Below, piece by piece: positions 11,801 through 17,689 of a DNA stretch of 45,504 nucleotides. Position 1 is the stretch's first letter. The number at the start of each line of letters is the position of its first letter. The DNA is from an uncultured Flavobacteriaceae bacterium (GTDB lineage: Bacteria > Bacteroidota > Bacteroidia > Flavobacteriales > Flavobacteriaceae): assembly GCA_964528935.1 (NCBI GenBank), contig CAZGUB010000001.1:1-45504 (forward strand). Direction: 5' to 3'. The notes under the pieces were generated by a model, which did not search any database, was not told the DNA's origin, and saw only the letters and a list, made by a program, of their open reading frames with translations. A program made the translations under genes and the position numbers.

Positions 11801-14800
11801 ATTTGAATCTAAAACGCCATCATTATTAGAATCTAAAATACCATTTCCCCCCTCTACAAGGTCATATATCCCGTCATTATCTGAATCTAAATCGAAACCA
11901 TTGTCTACTCCATCCTGATCAACATCTCCAAAACAATTTTCTTCTGCGCTTAGTGCTATACCGTCTAATTGAACCGACACATTTTGACCTAAAGCGTAAG
12001 CAGAAATTAATATTGCAATTCTATAGGTATTTGCATCGGTTGTAAATTGAAAGGTGTTTTGCGTCCAATTTGTAGGTGCCTCTGTGAGCTGATCTACTGC
12101 AAAATCTGTATCTAATGATTGAACTTGGAGTAGTGTTGATCCTCCATCCCCATGTGACGCTGTCAGTAAGCCCCCATCTCTATGATAAAATGTTACATTA
12201 TATGTAGTGTTTGGGTAGACAAACTCCTCTACCATTATTCTATCAAATTCTCCTGTTCCAATCGAGCTCTCATCCCAAAATTCTCTGGTATTTGTTGGGC
12301 TAGTAGTCCCTGAGAGGTAGGCATTTTGTAGAAGTTCAATATAGTATTGTCCTTGTTGTGCTGACCATGTGTAATTATTACTATCTGTTCTGCTATCCCA
12401 TACTTCTCCGTCTCCATTTACTGAAGAAAATGGCGGTGCAACAACAGAGTTTGGGTATTGTGAATTTTTATTTTGAGTAGGATTCACAGGGCCATTTTGT
12501 AAATAATAAGATTCAAAGCTATTCCCATCTAATGCAAAATCAATACATTTTTCAAAGCTGTCTAACACCCCATCATTATCATCATCAATATCTAAATTAT
12601 CAGGAATGCCATCACTATCAGTATCAAGTCCTAGTGCAACAAAGGTTGGGTCATCTTCTGTGTTTCCATCATTATCGTCACCATCATCACTTACATCAAT
12701 TGAGTCGAACTCCAGTGGATTTGGATTTCTAAGTGATGATCCAGTTACTCTAACAGAATTATATACTCCTCCTTCCTTTAGTGAAACATCATTAACGGTA
12801 AATGTAGCTGTATAAGTTATTATTCCCCCTGCAGTTAGAGTAGTAGAACTAGAGCCATTAGTTCCACTTGAAAAAGTTGGTGAGGAATTTAGGCTTAAGG
12901 TCTTTCCCCTTGCAGAAGTTAAAGTATCCTCTAGAGTTATATTTTCAATTGTGTCATTTGAAGTATTAGATATTGTAATTGTAAATACAATCAAATCAGA
13001 TATGTCATCTCCTACGTTACCATTATCAATCTTAGTTGCAGTTTTTACCACTTTGAAAGAGGGCAATACACCTGTATAACTTATTGTTTTATCGTCTTCA
13101 AGGTTATCATCATTATCATCACCATCATCAGAAAGATCTTGAGCTCTAATTTCGGCTGGTTGTGAAAGTCCATTTGGATAGTAATAACTTATAACCTCAG
13201 CCTGATTCATAACTCCTCCGATTGTTTCATCTTGAGCAGTTACAGTATAATTGACTGTCCAAGTTGCAACTTCCCCAGAGATAAGAGTTCCTTGAGGGGA
13301 GCCAAGCGAGTTAGATTGAAAGTTTAATCCGCTGTCAAGAGATCTTGCATTGCCTTGAATATCGGTAATTACATCATTAATAAAGATTGATCTAAGAGTT
13401 ATGTTACCCGTGTTTGTTGCTCGTATAGTGTAGGTCAGGATATCTCCCTGCGAGATCACTCCATCACCATCTAAATCATTATTTACTACTGTTTTTACTA
13501 CATCTAAACTTGGGGTTGATTGTATTTCATAAACTGTTGGATCATCTCCTGTGTCTCCTACGCCAGTATCTCCATCATCACTAGTGTCATTAACAAAAAT
13601 ATTATTCGATAGATTTGCAGCGATAACAATAACAGAATTACTAACACCCCCATTATCAACATTGGACTGAGTGAGAACATAGTCAAGAGTATATGTTTTA
13701 ACTTGACCAGGCGCTAAAATATTGGGATCATTAGTTGTTGGTGAGGATAACAAAGCAAGATTATTTCCCAGTAAATCCGTTAAAGTTTCAGTAAGGATAA
13801 AGTCTTTTAAAGATTGATTACCTGTGTTTGTAATTTGAATCTCATATCTTAAGGTATCTCCATTTCCAATTTCTCCATCATTATCATTATCAATTCCTTG
13901 AACAGTTTTGGTAACTACAATTGATGGGCTTCCTATTAGAGGTGTTTCCACCGTGTTAGAAGTAGCAGTAACAGTTGATGTACTTCCTGTTCCTGTGGGA
14001 GCAATACCAATTACAGAAGCCACGTTTGATAATCCTCCATAATCTAGAGCAAGCTGGTCTATAGTATAGGAAATTCTATAGTCTGCTCTTTCACCTACTA
14101 AAAGTGTTTCAGAATCAGAATCGATTGTGTCACCTATAAAAGTTAAAGATTCCGTAAAAGATAGTTGACCTGTTTCAAGACCAGAGAGCGAGTCATTAAT
14201 TGAAAGTTGAGAGATGTCAACATTCCCTGTGTTACTTATTTGAATAGTATAAGTTACTATGTCTCCAATATCCGTGAGGTTATTATTGTTAACATCAGTA
14301 ATCGATGCAGTTTTAGATATTACAAGTTCTGGAACTGCATCTATAATAAATTCAGTAGGGTCATCAAATAAATTTCCATCAGTATCATTACCATCATCAC
14401 TTAAATCTTGAACGGCAGTTAATGTTGGATCAAGCATTGTAATAGATGCCTGATTAGAAATTCCTCCATTATTTATTGCCTGTTGATTTACAAGAAATGT
14501 TGCTATAAAAGTTGCCGTCTCTCCAGGTGCAATAACACCATATGAGGATCCGGCACTATTATTTGAAAAATTAAAGCTAGTAAGGGTTGGTGTATATTGT
14601 CCTGAAATGGTAGTAAAAATATCCTCAATAACTAAAGACCCTCCCCCTCCTCCAGGTGATCCTAATGTATTATTTCCGGTATTCTCAATTGTTATAGTAT
14701 AGTTTACTAAATCGCCAGATGATAATTCACCATCTGAGTCATTATCGGTATATGACTGAGTTTTTACAACTTCGATTGACGGATCAGGAGTGATGGGAGT

Positions 14801-17521
14801 TATAGTTGGGTCATCGGTTGTATCTCCGTCTAGATCGTCCCCGTCATCACTATCGTCGGATACCCAGGTTCCGTCTGGGTCTTGTCCTCTTATTTCAATT
14901 GTATTTTGAAATCCTGTCTGATCAATTGCCTGTTGGTTAACTGTAAAAGATGCAGTATATGTTGCTGATTCCCCTACCTGCAAAGTCCCTTCAGGCGATC
15001 CTCCTGAAGAGCTTACAAAAGCCACAGTATTATTGTTTAAATTAAGCGAGATCCCTCTAATACCTGAGAGCTGATCATCTAAAATTAAATTTGTTAAAAC
15101 TGTATTTCCCGTATTGGTGACAGTAATGGTATAAATCGCAGTGTCTCCTATTTGAATTTTGCTAGGATCTGCCTGAGTAAGTTCAACTGTTTTGGTGACA
15201 TCAAGCTCTCCGTCGAAGGTTAATAATACTTCAGTAGGGTCAGAATTCAAATTTCCGTCTGTATCATCTCCGTTATCACTAACATCTGTTACTTGGTTAT
15301 TTGCCGCACTTACATCATCTGCAACTACTGTAACTTGATTATTCAACAGCCCTGCATTCATATCATCAGCATTTACGGTATGTGTCGCAGTCCAACTTGC
15401 TATTTCTCCTGCTTGAAGGTGAAATGAATCAGAACCAGCTGTAGCACTTTCAAATGTTGGCCCGCTGTCCAATGGAACACTTGTAGTTCCAACACCATGA
15501 TTTTGTACATCAGTAAGGTTGATGTTTTCAAGGGTAATATTCCCTGTATTAATAACTTGAATGTAATAACTAATTACATCTCCTATGCTGGGCCTTCCAT
15601 CCCCATTATCGTTTAATACATAAGTTTTTACAACTTCAATTCCAGGCTGAACATTTAAGGCGGTAATGGTTGGATCATTAGTAGTATTTCCATCAGTATC
15701 AATTCCATCATCACTCAAATCAAAAACATCTGGCTCTGCTAAATTAGGATCTGATTTAGCGGTAACTGTAACCTGATTGGAAATTGAACCAGTTGCCTCA
15801 TCATTAGCTGTAATTATATATTGAGCTGTGTAAGTATAACTCTGGCCTGGTTGTAGTGGATTATTATAAGTAGGGTTAATTGCAGTGTTATAAGTCAATA
15901 CTGTTCCAGAGCCGTTTGTAAGAGCATCCTCAAAACTAATATCTGATAAAGCTATTTGCCCCGTGTTTAATACAGTTATTGTGTAAGTTATCGGATCACC
16001 TGGACCAATTTCACCATCAGCACCATTATCTACAACTGCTATTTTTGTTACTTCAACAGATTTAACAATTGTAACATCTACATCTGTAGAATCATCTTCT
16101 GTATTTCCATCATTATCAATTCCGTCATCACTAGTATCGGAAACATCACCGGTTAGATTTGGACTATCTCCCGTTGCTATTACTGAGTTTATTACCCTAC
16201 CTGAATTCGCCGCTGAGGCCTCAATTATATAACTTGCAATATATGTTTCTATTTCACCTACAGCTATTTCACCTTGTATATTAGAAATTGTTGATGAGCT
16301 AAAAGTGGGTCCTGAGCTTAGGGTTAAATTATTTCCATTAAAGTCCGTTAACTGATCATTAAGGCTAAGATTATCAATAGTAACATTTCCTTTGTTTTCA
16401 ATTAAAATCACATAATTTATTACATCTCCTACGTCATTTACGTTATTGTTATTTAAATCATCTACATTTGAAATCTTGGTTACTTCTAATATAGGGGAAT
16501 GGGGTAAATCAACATCAACACACTGATCTAAACTATCAGAGATAACAACTCCGGTTGACTCTGCAATTGCTTGAGCGGTTAAACAGTTTGTTAAATTTCC
16601 AGAATCAATTGCTTGTTGATCTAATACAAAAACAGCAGAATAATTGATTTCTTCACCGACAACTAATGTACCAGTGGTTGTTCCATTCCAAGTTCCATTA
16701 TTTTCAAGTCTTGAAATATTGCCATATGAAGAAGATTCAAAAACTGGTGATGGGGGTGTAAAGGGGGCGTCTAAAGGAACTGATCGACCGCCTCCGTCTC
16801 TCAGATCATCATCAGGCGCAACCGAAATTAGTTCTTGATAACCATCATTTAAAATGGTGACTATGTAATGGATTCTATCACCAACTGAGTATATACCATC
16901 GCCATCTACATCCTCATATCTATCAAAAATCTTATTAACTTCGATAGAAGCGATGTCATCATCCTTGGAAATTATATTAGGGTCATCCTCTGTATTACCG
17001 TCAGTATTATTTGCATCATCACTTGTGTCGCTAACATTAACATTGTCCGCACTAATTGCCTCGCCTAAAACAGAAAATGACAACCCCAAAATATTTTGAA
17101 TATCACTAAATTGATAAGAAGCCTTGTATGTTTCTTGTTCGCCGGGGATCAAAAATCCTGACGCATTTGATGCAGTGGAATCAAAATATGTGATTGATTG
17201 GACAAGGCTCAATATTGAGTTATCAATACCGAGCAAAGTTGATGATAATACTAAGCTATTTAGATTAATATTCCCCTTATTTGTTACAACTATCGTAAAG
17301 TTTACCTCATCTCCCTCGCTAATTATTCCATCAGGACTTCCTGGATTATCTATAACGTTAGTAAATATTTTTACTTCAAGCTCTCTGTTGATTTGAGATT
17401 GAATATTTTGAAAATTTAAAAGAAAAACGATTAAGAAAATGGGAGAGAAGGATATGAGGAGCTTCTTACTATTTAAAAAAGTCCCTTTAAACAGATCTCT
17501 GAAAAGATTGTTTTTAACCAT
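1..17521 (-). CDS. Giant secreted repetitive surface protein/adhesin, 3'-partial (at least 5,840 codons; C-terminus lies beyond the left edge). It has a signal peptide, about 30 DUF11/TIGR01451-like 'conserved repeat' units with Ca-binding-type acidic linkers, and nested lectin-like modules.
   Basis: Hand translation of the minus strand from ATG 17521-17519 gives MVKNNLFRDLFKGTFLNSKKLLISFSPIFLIVFLLNFQNIQSQINRELEVKIF... I followed this frame (codon top coordinate = 1 mod 3) down to position 2 and found no stop. The consensus GDxIxYTIxVxNTGNVxL...GxLxxGExxxYxAxYxIxQ...SDxSDDGxDxDGNTxDDPT recurs every ~420-440 nt. The ORF track lists no minus-strand ORF in this frame, consistent with one open frame running off the window. 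Confidence 0.95.
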   Translation of the reverse strand, partial: MVKNNLFRDLFKGTFLNSKKLLISFSPIFLIVFLLNFQNIQSQINRELEVKIFTNVIDNPGSPDGIISEGDEVNFTIVVTNKGNINLNSLVLSSTLLGIDNSILSLVQSITYFDSTASNASGFLIPGEQETYKASYQFSDIQNILGLSFSVLGEAISADNVNVSDTSDDANNTDGNTEDDPNIISKDDDIASIEVNKIFDRYEDVDGDGIYSVGDRIHYIVTILNDGYQELISVAPDDDLRDGGGRSVPLDAPFTPPSPVFESSSYGNISRLENNGTWNGTTTGTLVVGEEINYSAVFVLDQQAIDSGNLTNCLTAQAIAESTGVVISDSLDQCVDVDLPHSPILEVTKISNVDDLNNNNVNDVGDVINYVILIENKGNVTIDNLSLNDQLTDFNGNNLTLSSGPTFSSSTISNIQGEIAVGEIETYIASYIIEASAANSGRVINSVIATGDSPNLTGDVSDTSDDGIDNDGNTEDDSTDVDVTIVKSVEVTKIAVVDNGADGEIGPGDPITYTITVLNTGQIALSDISFEDALTNGSGTVLTYNTAINPTYNNPLQPGQSYTYTAQYIITANDEATGSISNQVTVTAKSDPNLAEPDVFDLSDDGIDTDGNTTNDPTITALNVQPGIEVVKTYVLNDNGDGRPSIGDVISYYIQVINTGNITLENINLTDVQNHGVGTTSVPLDSGPTFESATAGSDSFHLQAGEIASWTATHTVNADDMNAGLLNNQVTVVADDVSAANNQVTDVSDNGDDTDGNLNSDPTEVLLTFDGELDVTKTVELTQADPSKIQIGDTAIYTITVTNTGNTVLTNLILDDQLSGIRGISLNLNNNTVAFVSSSGGSPEGTLQVGESATYTASFTVNQQAIDQTGFQNTIEIRGQDPDGTWVSDDSDDGDDLDGDTTDDPTITPITPDPSIEVVKTQSYTDNDSDGELSSGDLVNYTITIENTGNNTLGSPGGGGGSLVIEDIFTTISGQYTPTLTSFNFSNNSAGSSYGVIAPGETATFIATFLVNQQAINNGGISNQASITMLDPTLTAVQDLSDDGNDTDGNLFDDPTEFIIDAVPELVISKTASITDVNNNNLTDIGDIVTYTIQISNTGNVDISQLSINDSLSGLETGQLSFTESLTFIGDTIDSDSETLLVGERADYRISYTIDQLALDYGGLSNVASVIGIAPTGTGSTSTVTATSNTVETPLIGSPSIVVTKTVQGIDNDNDGEIGNGDTLRYEIQITNTGNQSLKDFILTETLTDLLGNNLALLSSPTTNDPNILAPGQVKTYTLDYVLTQSNVDNGGVSNSVIVIAANLSNNIFVNDTSDDGDTGVGDTGDDPTVYEIQSTPSLDVVKTVVNNDLDGDGVISQGDILTYTIRATNTGNITLRSIFINDVITDIQGNARSLDSGLNFQSNSLGSPQGTLISGEVATWTVNYTVTAQDETIGGVMNQAEVISYYYPNGLSQPAEIRAQDLSDDGDDNDDNLEDDKTISYTGVLPSFKVVKTATKIDNGNVGDDISDLIVFTITISNTSNDTIENITLEDTLTSARGKTLSLNSSPTFSSGTNGSSSTTLTAGGIITYTATFTVNDVSLKEGGVYNSVRVTGSSLRNPNPLEFDSIDVSDDGDDNDGNTEDDPTFVALGLDTDSDGIPDNLDIDDDNDGVLDSFEKCIDFALDGNSFESYYLQNGPVNPTQNKNSQYPNSVVAPPFSSVNGDGEVWDSRTDSNNYTWSAQQGQYYIELLQNAYLSGTTSPTNTREFWDESSIGTGEFDRIMVEEFVYPNTTYNVTFYHRDGGLLTASHGDGGSTLLQVQSLDTDFAVDQLTEAPTNWTQNTFQFTTDANTYRIAILISAYALGQNVSVQLDGIALSAEENCFGDVDQDGVDNGFDLDSDNDGIYDLVEGGNGILDSNNDGVLDSNDQGFVDDNFNGADDRIELVIPTDTDSDTILDIFELDSDDDGCSDVIEAGYTDDDGDGLLGNNPITQDGWGKVTSGSDGYTTPLDSNSNNIKDYQELNYDVACFFPGISITKSATEIDVDGDGLMLVGDKISYSIVITNTGIVDLEISMTDELKNELDQSLGFYNLQHESSSFQSTITLENLATRSSNFSYASFNSNYWHKTGSDRYNYISYYSELHYQPAGIEVFFSDLSGASSANTGFVDGYQILPSNISWNGRSMADLADSNYFNRFINLRNTTGNFSEGDSNSKRWFYQEIDPALIKPNTYYTVSVWATPNSSSYTGSEYYKGFRFIWHDGNNWSDSDSNYITNYDNSQVSPLKSFSQFEVKRFSHTFLSSSNPGQFYRIGIAPPRNDNTGMWFYGFQIEEGVGPSPIYTYTYDNPITKSNSLTTVGTFDPRQTYLPPGGSATYSLTIEITQELIDSAEELRNQVTIVSSFITPGGTSGVVTNVSDDPDTAELGDPTIVNLDNSKGLEVEKFVINISDENGNGENDIGDIITYQVNITNTGQTNLEDFELSDIMTTATGTKSIEIKPLVGKSQNYFQYSWAVDDNEWGWSESGTNYGSTVGDNGYGQIPYLHLNNRNDSYVSSTFPNYQDGDSGVTNQNYDNDTYMWYLYRNGSGNSCEDCYVYKNVRLKPNTQYTVSVYGKKAAAVNSPWKFVVFDGSDLSYNWENALKSQDIELDQTAELNRYTYTFTTSSTINGDARVGIRPPGNDLSSNSRFWGIQLEEGPIASDFIYSYYNSTGWTVENIDGVDYRYGVGPDLYLEAEDPSAEVSNAPFTNWDSSNPSSNALPSSSGYNYVMINPSVNQGKYRNIYESYSNYHIAEIENQNSQPATPAGYTFIGSYDNNYYYRSTGTSGFNSSISSINNNFKNNFGEDAHMYIPNSQEEHDWIVQELNTNTWFWTGILKSDPTNSSISYDEGWNDVLGNQLTKQTKTIDIIPAGSSLSFTFEYTISQDDINSGVISNSIIITSRSQSVTDISDNADDTDGNTVDDPAVTSLLYDPELEAVKTYSTVDNNLDGEIGVGDDVIFTISVTNTGNIDLSNLSYFDTLIQLDGDLILQTSSITLTSSSSISGQVGGLESEDVTSLWYSSEPNNGYSYDASYLYTYTNSTNRRLQDQPSYSSYGAIIEVDELVNSIAIPGVTVTFLGQYNGHSYFASYNGKTYSRWVEQLSSLGYYLWEWNTIDEYNTVVGFSFNTYQNLWTGAILRKTQENQFGSIYSDEWWYFYNSGLNLDGSSVIQQSNTSSGTITDLNVGSSYTYTVSYTVTQEDLESGGLSNSIVFTATDTKSGTVTDVSDDGDTGQDDTGDDPTIVTLTRLPSIEVTKTATVSDVNANGLNDPGDIITYTIVVTNTGNIRLTSLTLSDTLYDSFLNNYNNLLVGPTFISSSAGSPEGTLQVSETATYIASTTITGTMMGSAFIANSVIASASSTAGVINDKSDDGDDTDGNISDDQTEVRLNPDPRINITKSVELTSDNGDGVIGVADIITYTITVSNTGNIDLLNVQLVDTIVDGNNNLLASPTLTQTGSNNGSDLNRILVGGYITLQGSITLDQSMVNSGLVSNSIVVSALPSGISTPVTDISDDPNTAELDDSTVFEIPEVSGIDLLKEYDHIDVNGNGIIDKNDVLKYKFTVTNLGNTDVSNFTITDELKDPNNNNLIQQIATDEAAVNLLTGPTYNIDNNRSGNISSLNIQEQGTPYTIPDGIEYYLRPGMFSNAQLSATGGSLGWEGYLIEGRGIISKNTSDPGGGHLVTSSDIGAMGVRGTTASAVYEHNYVFSPNTTYTLSIYAKGTLGTNFTLFAHEGFNLGAQSTHLSSSTASKTFTFSLNNKFERFELVFTTSQFATNGVVGFNPGVYGTYTYVWGMQLEQGAGATPYIFTNGQSESKGSANIGQYIGTLSSNSSMTVTGIYQINQEAVDKGEIRNSAIVNATTIRSTQVSATSDDPSTAQQDDPTVTQIEAISLLEVEKTAVVQDINNDQKINLNDLISYTITISNTGETTITGLTLTDIFENSLGEQLNYTAPPIRVSASAGSPIGTIIPGEVLVYSAQFTINQDAFKTPFVSNSLIVTGDSKGQSANVSDTSDDGDDEDGNTEDDPTITIMEPDGKIEATKTYEIIDSDGDGETSVGDVIRFIITIENAGNTILTSITLEDVLVDDDDNPLSLNDGPYFISASQSSTLGTLQIGESAVYRAIFIINDQAFNSGGVKNYVQVTASSPFGVDDVNDISDDGIDNDGNTEDDLTEVPLFAAAQISVIKTATVFDGVEDGVVGSGDTINYIITIENTGITSVGTLTLVDTITDANGGVLALTSGPTYENGSSSQGSAEGSLAPGETTRYRASYVIQEAAALTGSIINTVTVSATSNLDGTIVVDISDDNDDTDGNVLDDPTIINIDLTPQIEVSKTATVTQNNGNNIIDLGDSIDYTITISNTGNVNLNNLSLNDIITDYNGLDLTLTSSPSFVSGTDATATSIDVNGVAIFEARFTINQQSVDAGGVSNQVLVSASSVLDVTSVASATSDDPSTVEQNDPTNININVLAELEVSKTASLTDLDGNGVASLGDRITYSIVVSNTGGLTLRDVTIQDILTDGNGNSYSFDNPPSLVSGSPNQFLVGEQIEYQADLIIDQNAIDSGSLINQATIIASSPGNSLNVSDTSDDPTTIDSDDPTAISFTSSPSLLVEKTVSVTDNGDNKLGKGDILQYDISIQNTGDITLSNITVSDTLTDGTGALLNMSSGLFYAGSNRGSPQGYLIPGEIVNYIGFFIVNQQAVDSGQVSNVAQAFGTTPQGVTVDDLSDDPNTVTPEDPTAVSITTTPSLEVTKTVSVTDSSGDGVIGQNDLIYYTIKVENNGEQTLTGISIQEILTDGNGQVLNLLNGPTYDGLNGSKGSPQGTALPGEYHTYTSIYLISAAAAQTPFISNSAIATASSPGQTNNVTDTSDNGDDLDGNTEDDPTIVEISPNPKIEATKTAQVLDNNSNGVNDPLDTIVYTITVVNTGNVTLTGITLIDLLTDNNDNELSLDSGPTYVSSSNGSNEGKLGFSEIATYTATYTIEPAAAFSTKIKNQVTVSAIGGGINVSDISDNGDDTDGNEFNDKTEISTSAEASIEIIKTATVSDTNANNLTDSGDIIYYQIGVTNTGGVPLENLLVTDILTDGNSNNLALTTLPTFASATNGSSATFIAISGIVTFTANFTITDEASYSGRIINRASVQASGQGGSNIVTDQSDDPTTAQANDATVVDIDPVPAIEVTKIATVTDEGDGFVGAGDVINYTITVENTGNVALTGLTVSDTITDGNGDALTMSTGPSFSGSDRGSNTGTLQAGETATYIAYYIISDAAAATLEIRNTAVAIASSPGQTNNVSDTSDDGDDTDGNTEDDITVIEITPRPSIEISKISNVIDTNNNGQNDQGDLIEYTITVTNTGNVTLSGVNLSDLLRDNNGNEINTPDPNLLSATDGSSQATLLAGGSLVYELQYVIDQNSANTGGIVNTVSVTASSPGNTNDVTDVSDDGDDTDGNTVDDPTVVETMSDVSIEVTKIAEVVQNDGNQTNDAGDIIVYTILVQNTGNIELTDLQITDTIVDGSGNPLSLSSAITETTIREISITVSNTGQGNKYFLDGVESNQINLERGKTYKFIQSDTSNNGHPFRLSLNSDGTHNAGSEYSDNVIVEGIAGNNGSFVQIKVDQSIDNLYYYCSAHPQMGSNFNIIDADNTISSGEALTYTTSYTIEQVAANSGSVINSVSVIASSPGNNGDVSDVSDDGDDTDGNTTNDPTIILTSTDFSIDIIKSSTHFDLNNNSKIDTGDRIEYLIVIENTGNAVINNIRIVDLLQDGNGTTLSYDGNMVFTSSSNNSVDGTLVAGEIARYQASYIITQNTAFTGQIINRATVIGSSPGQL
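575..900 (-). other. Cupredoxin-like (type-1-copper-site-like) insert
   Basis: ISITVSNTGQGNKYFLDGVESNQINLERGKTYKFIQSDTSNNGHPFRLSLNSDGTHNAGSEYSDNVIVEGIAGNNGSFVQIKVDQSIDNLYYYCSAHPQMGSNFNI. Candidate ligand set: His (755-757), then 50 residues on, Cys (605-607)-x2-His (596-598)-x2-Met (587-589). Confidence 0.5.
6000..6640 (-). other. Jelly-roll/lectin-like insert A
   Basis: ...SAVYEHNYVFSPNTTYTLSIYAKGTLGTNFTLFAHEGFN...KTFTFSLNNKFERFELVFTTSQFATNGVVGFNPGVYGTYTYVWGMQLEQGAGATPYIFTNG, followed by the host-unit tail MTVTGIYQINQEAVDKGEIRNSAIV. Confidence 0.6.
7970..8445 (-). other. C-type-lectin-like insert 2 (retains an EPN tripeptide)
   Basis: SLWYSSEPNNGYSYDASYLY...YGAIIEVD...VTFLGQYNGHSYFASYNGKTYSRWVEQLSSLGYYLWEWNTIDEYNTVVGFSFNTYQNLWTGAILRK...IYSDEWWYFYNSG. 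The EPN codons are at 8396-8404, in frame. Confidence 0.5.
8900..9360 (-). other. C-type-lectin-like insert 1
   Basis: FTNWDSSNPSSN...GYNYVMIN...YHIAEIEN...AGYTFIGSYDNNYYYRSTGTSGF...GEDAHMYIPNSQEEHDWIVQELNTNTWFWTGILKSD...DEGWNDV. This resembles CTLD hallmarks as I remember them (Y-x-S, I-x-S-x-x-E-x-x-F/W, W-I/T-G, G-x-W-N-D). Confidence 0.5.
9470..10095 (-). other. Jelly-roll/lectin-like insert E
   Basis: QNYFQYSWAVDDNEWGW...CYVYKNVRLKPNTQYTVSVYGKKAAAVNSPWKFVVFDGSD...NRYTYTFTTSSTINGDARVGIRPPGNDLSSNSRFWGIQLEEGPIASDFIYSY. It shares the PNTxYTxS and WGxQLEEG motifs with inserts D and A. Confidence 0.6.
10550..11320 (-). other. Jelly-roll/lectin-like insert D
   Basis: ...RWFYQEIDPALIKPNTYYTVSVWATPNSS...GFRFIWHDGNNW...FSQFEVKRFSHTFLSSSNPGQFYRIGIAPPRNDNTGMWFYGFQIEEGVGPSPIYTYTY. 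It lies between ITNTGIVDLEISMTDEL and the unit tail GGSATYSLTIEITQELIDSAEELRNQV. Confidence 0.6.
11480..12640 (-). other. Central hub: a thrombospondin-type-3-like Asp-rich Ca-binding run, a Cys-bracketed jelly-roll (CBM/DUF642-like) domain, then a second, longer TSP3-like run
   Basis: Translated: LDTDSDGIPDNLDIDDDNDGVLDSFEKC-IDFALDGNSFESYYLQNG...WSAQQGQYYIELLQNAY...YNVTFYHRDGG...NTYRIAILISAYALGQNVSVQLDGIALSAEENC-FGDVDQDGVDNGFDLDSDNDGIYDLVEGGNGILDSNNDGVLDSNDQGFVDD...DTDSDTILDIFELDSDDDGCSDVIEAGYTDDDGDGLLG. Confidence 0.7.
12641..17392 (-). repeat. N-terminal array of 11 tandem DUF11-like units (~140-150 aa each, diverged at DNA level)
   Basis: Acidic linker markers such as SDDGIDNDGNTEDD and SDDGIDTDGNTTNDPT lie near 16980, 16090, 15670, 15235, 14810, 14355, 13530, 13090 and 12650. 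Boundaries near 16520 and 13950 are degenerate. Core motif examples: GDPITYTITVLNTGQIAL, GDVINYVILIENKGNVTI. Confidence 0.8.
17393..17521 (-). other. N-terminal signal peptide of the giant protein
   Basis: MVKNNLFRDLFKGTFLNSKK (basic n-region), LLISFSPIFLIVFLL (hydrophobic core), then NFQNIQSQ. Confidence 0.7.
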
Positions 17522-17611
17522 AAAAGACAAGCAACAAGATGAATTATAAATTCATTTTATTATTACTTATTTTTAAAATTAAAATATTAAGGTGTTGGTA
17601 TTTTTTAAAAC

Positions 17612-17619
17612 CAAAATTA
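17612..17619 (-). promoter_or_regulatory. Candidate Bacteroidota -7 promoter box (TAnnTTTG) upstream of the giant gene
   Basis: The minus strand reads TAATTTTG about 91 nt upstream of the ATG. No properly spaced -33 TTTG is present (the nearest is only 7 nt away), so support is weak. Confidence 0.25.
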
Positions 17620-17689
17620 GTATTAACAAAGGCTGTTAATAATGGTTTTAAAGTAAAAATGCAGTATTAAAATGCAAATATAAATTAGC

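Noticed and set aside
1612-17396. The dozen 60-111 aa ORFs the track lists in the first 17.4 kb (for example 1612..1872+, 5184..5519+, 6130..6375-, 8995..9240-, 12235..12417-, 17124..17396+).
   Set aside because: They all lie on the opposite strand or out of frame within the giant minus-strand ORF. The three minus-strand ones have codon top coordinate 0 mod 3, whereas the real frame is 1 mod 3. Their low-complexity S/P/L/I-rich translations are typical shadow ORFs of a D/T/N/G-rich repeat gene.
1-17400. A ~430-nt periodic recurrence of near-identical 25-35-nt segments (for example ccatctgtatcatc[t/a]ccatcatc[a/t]gatacgtcag at ~393 and ~1139), which could suggest a CRISPR-like or satellite array.
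   Set aside because: The period is far too long for CRISPR, the 'spacers' are themselves homologous, and everything is in one open coding frame. The conserved segments encode the SDDGDDTDGN calcium-binding linker.
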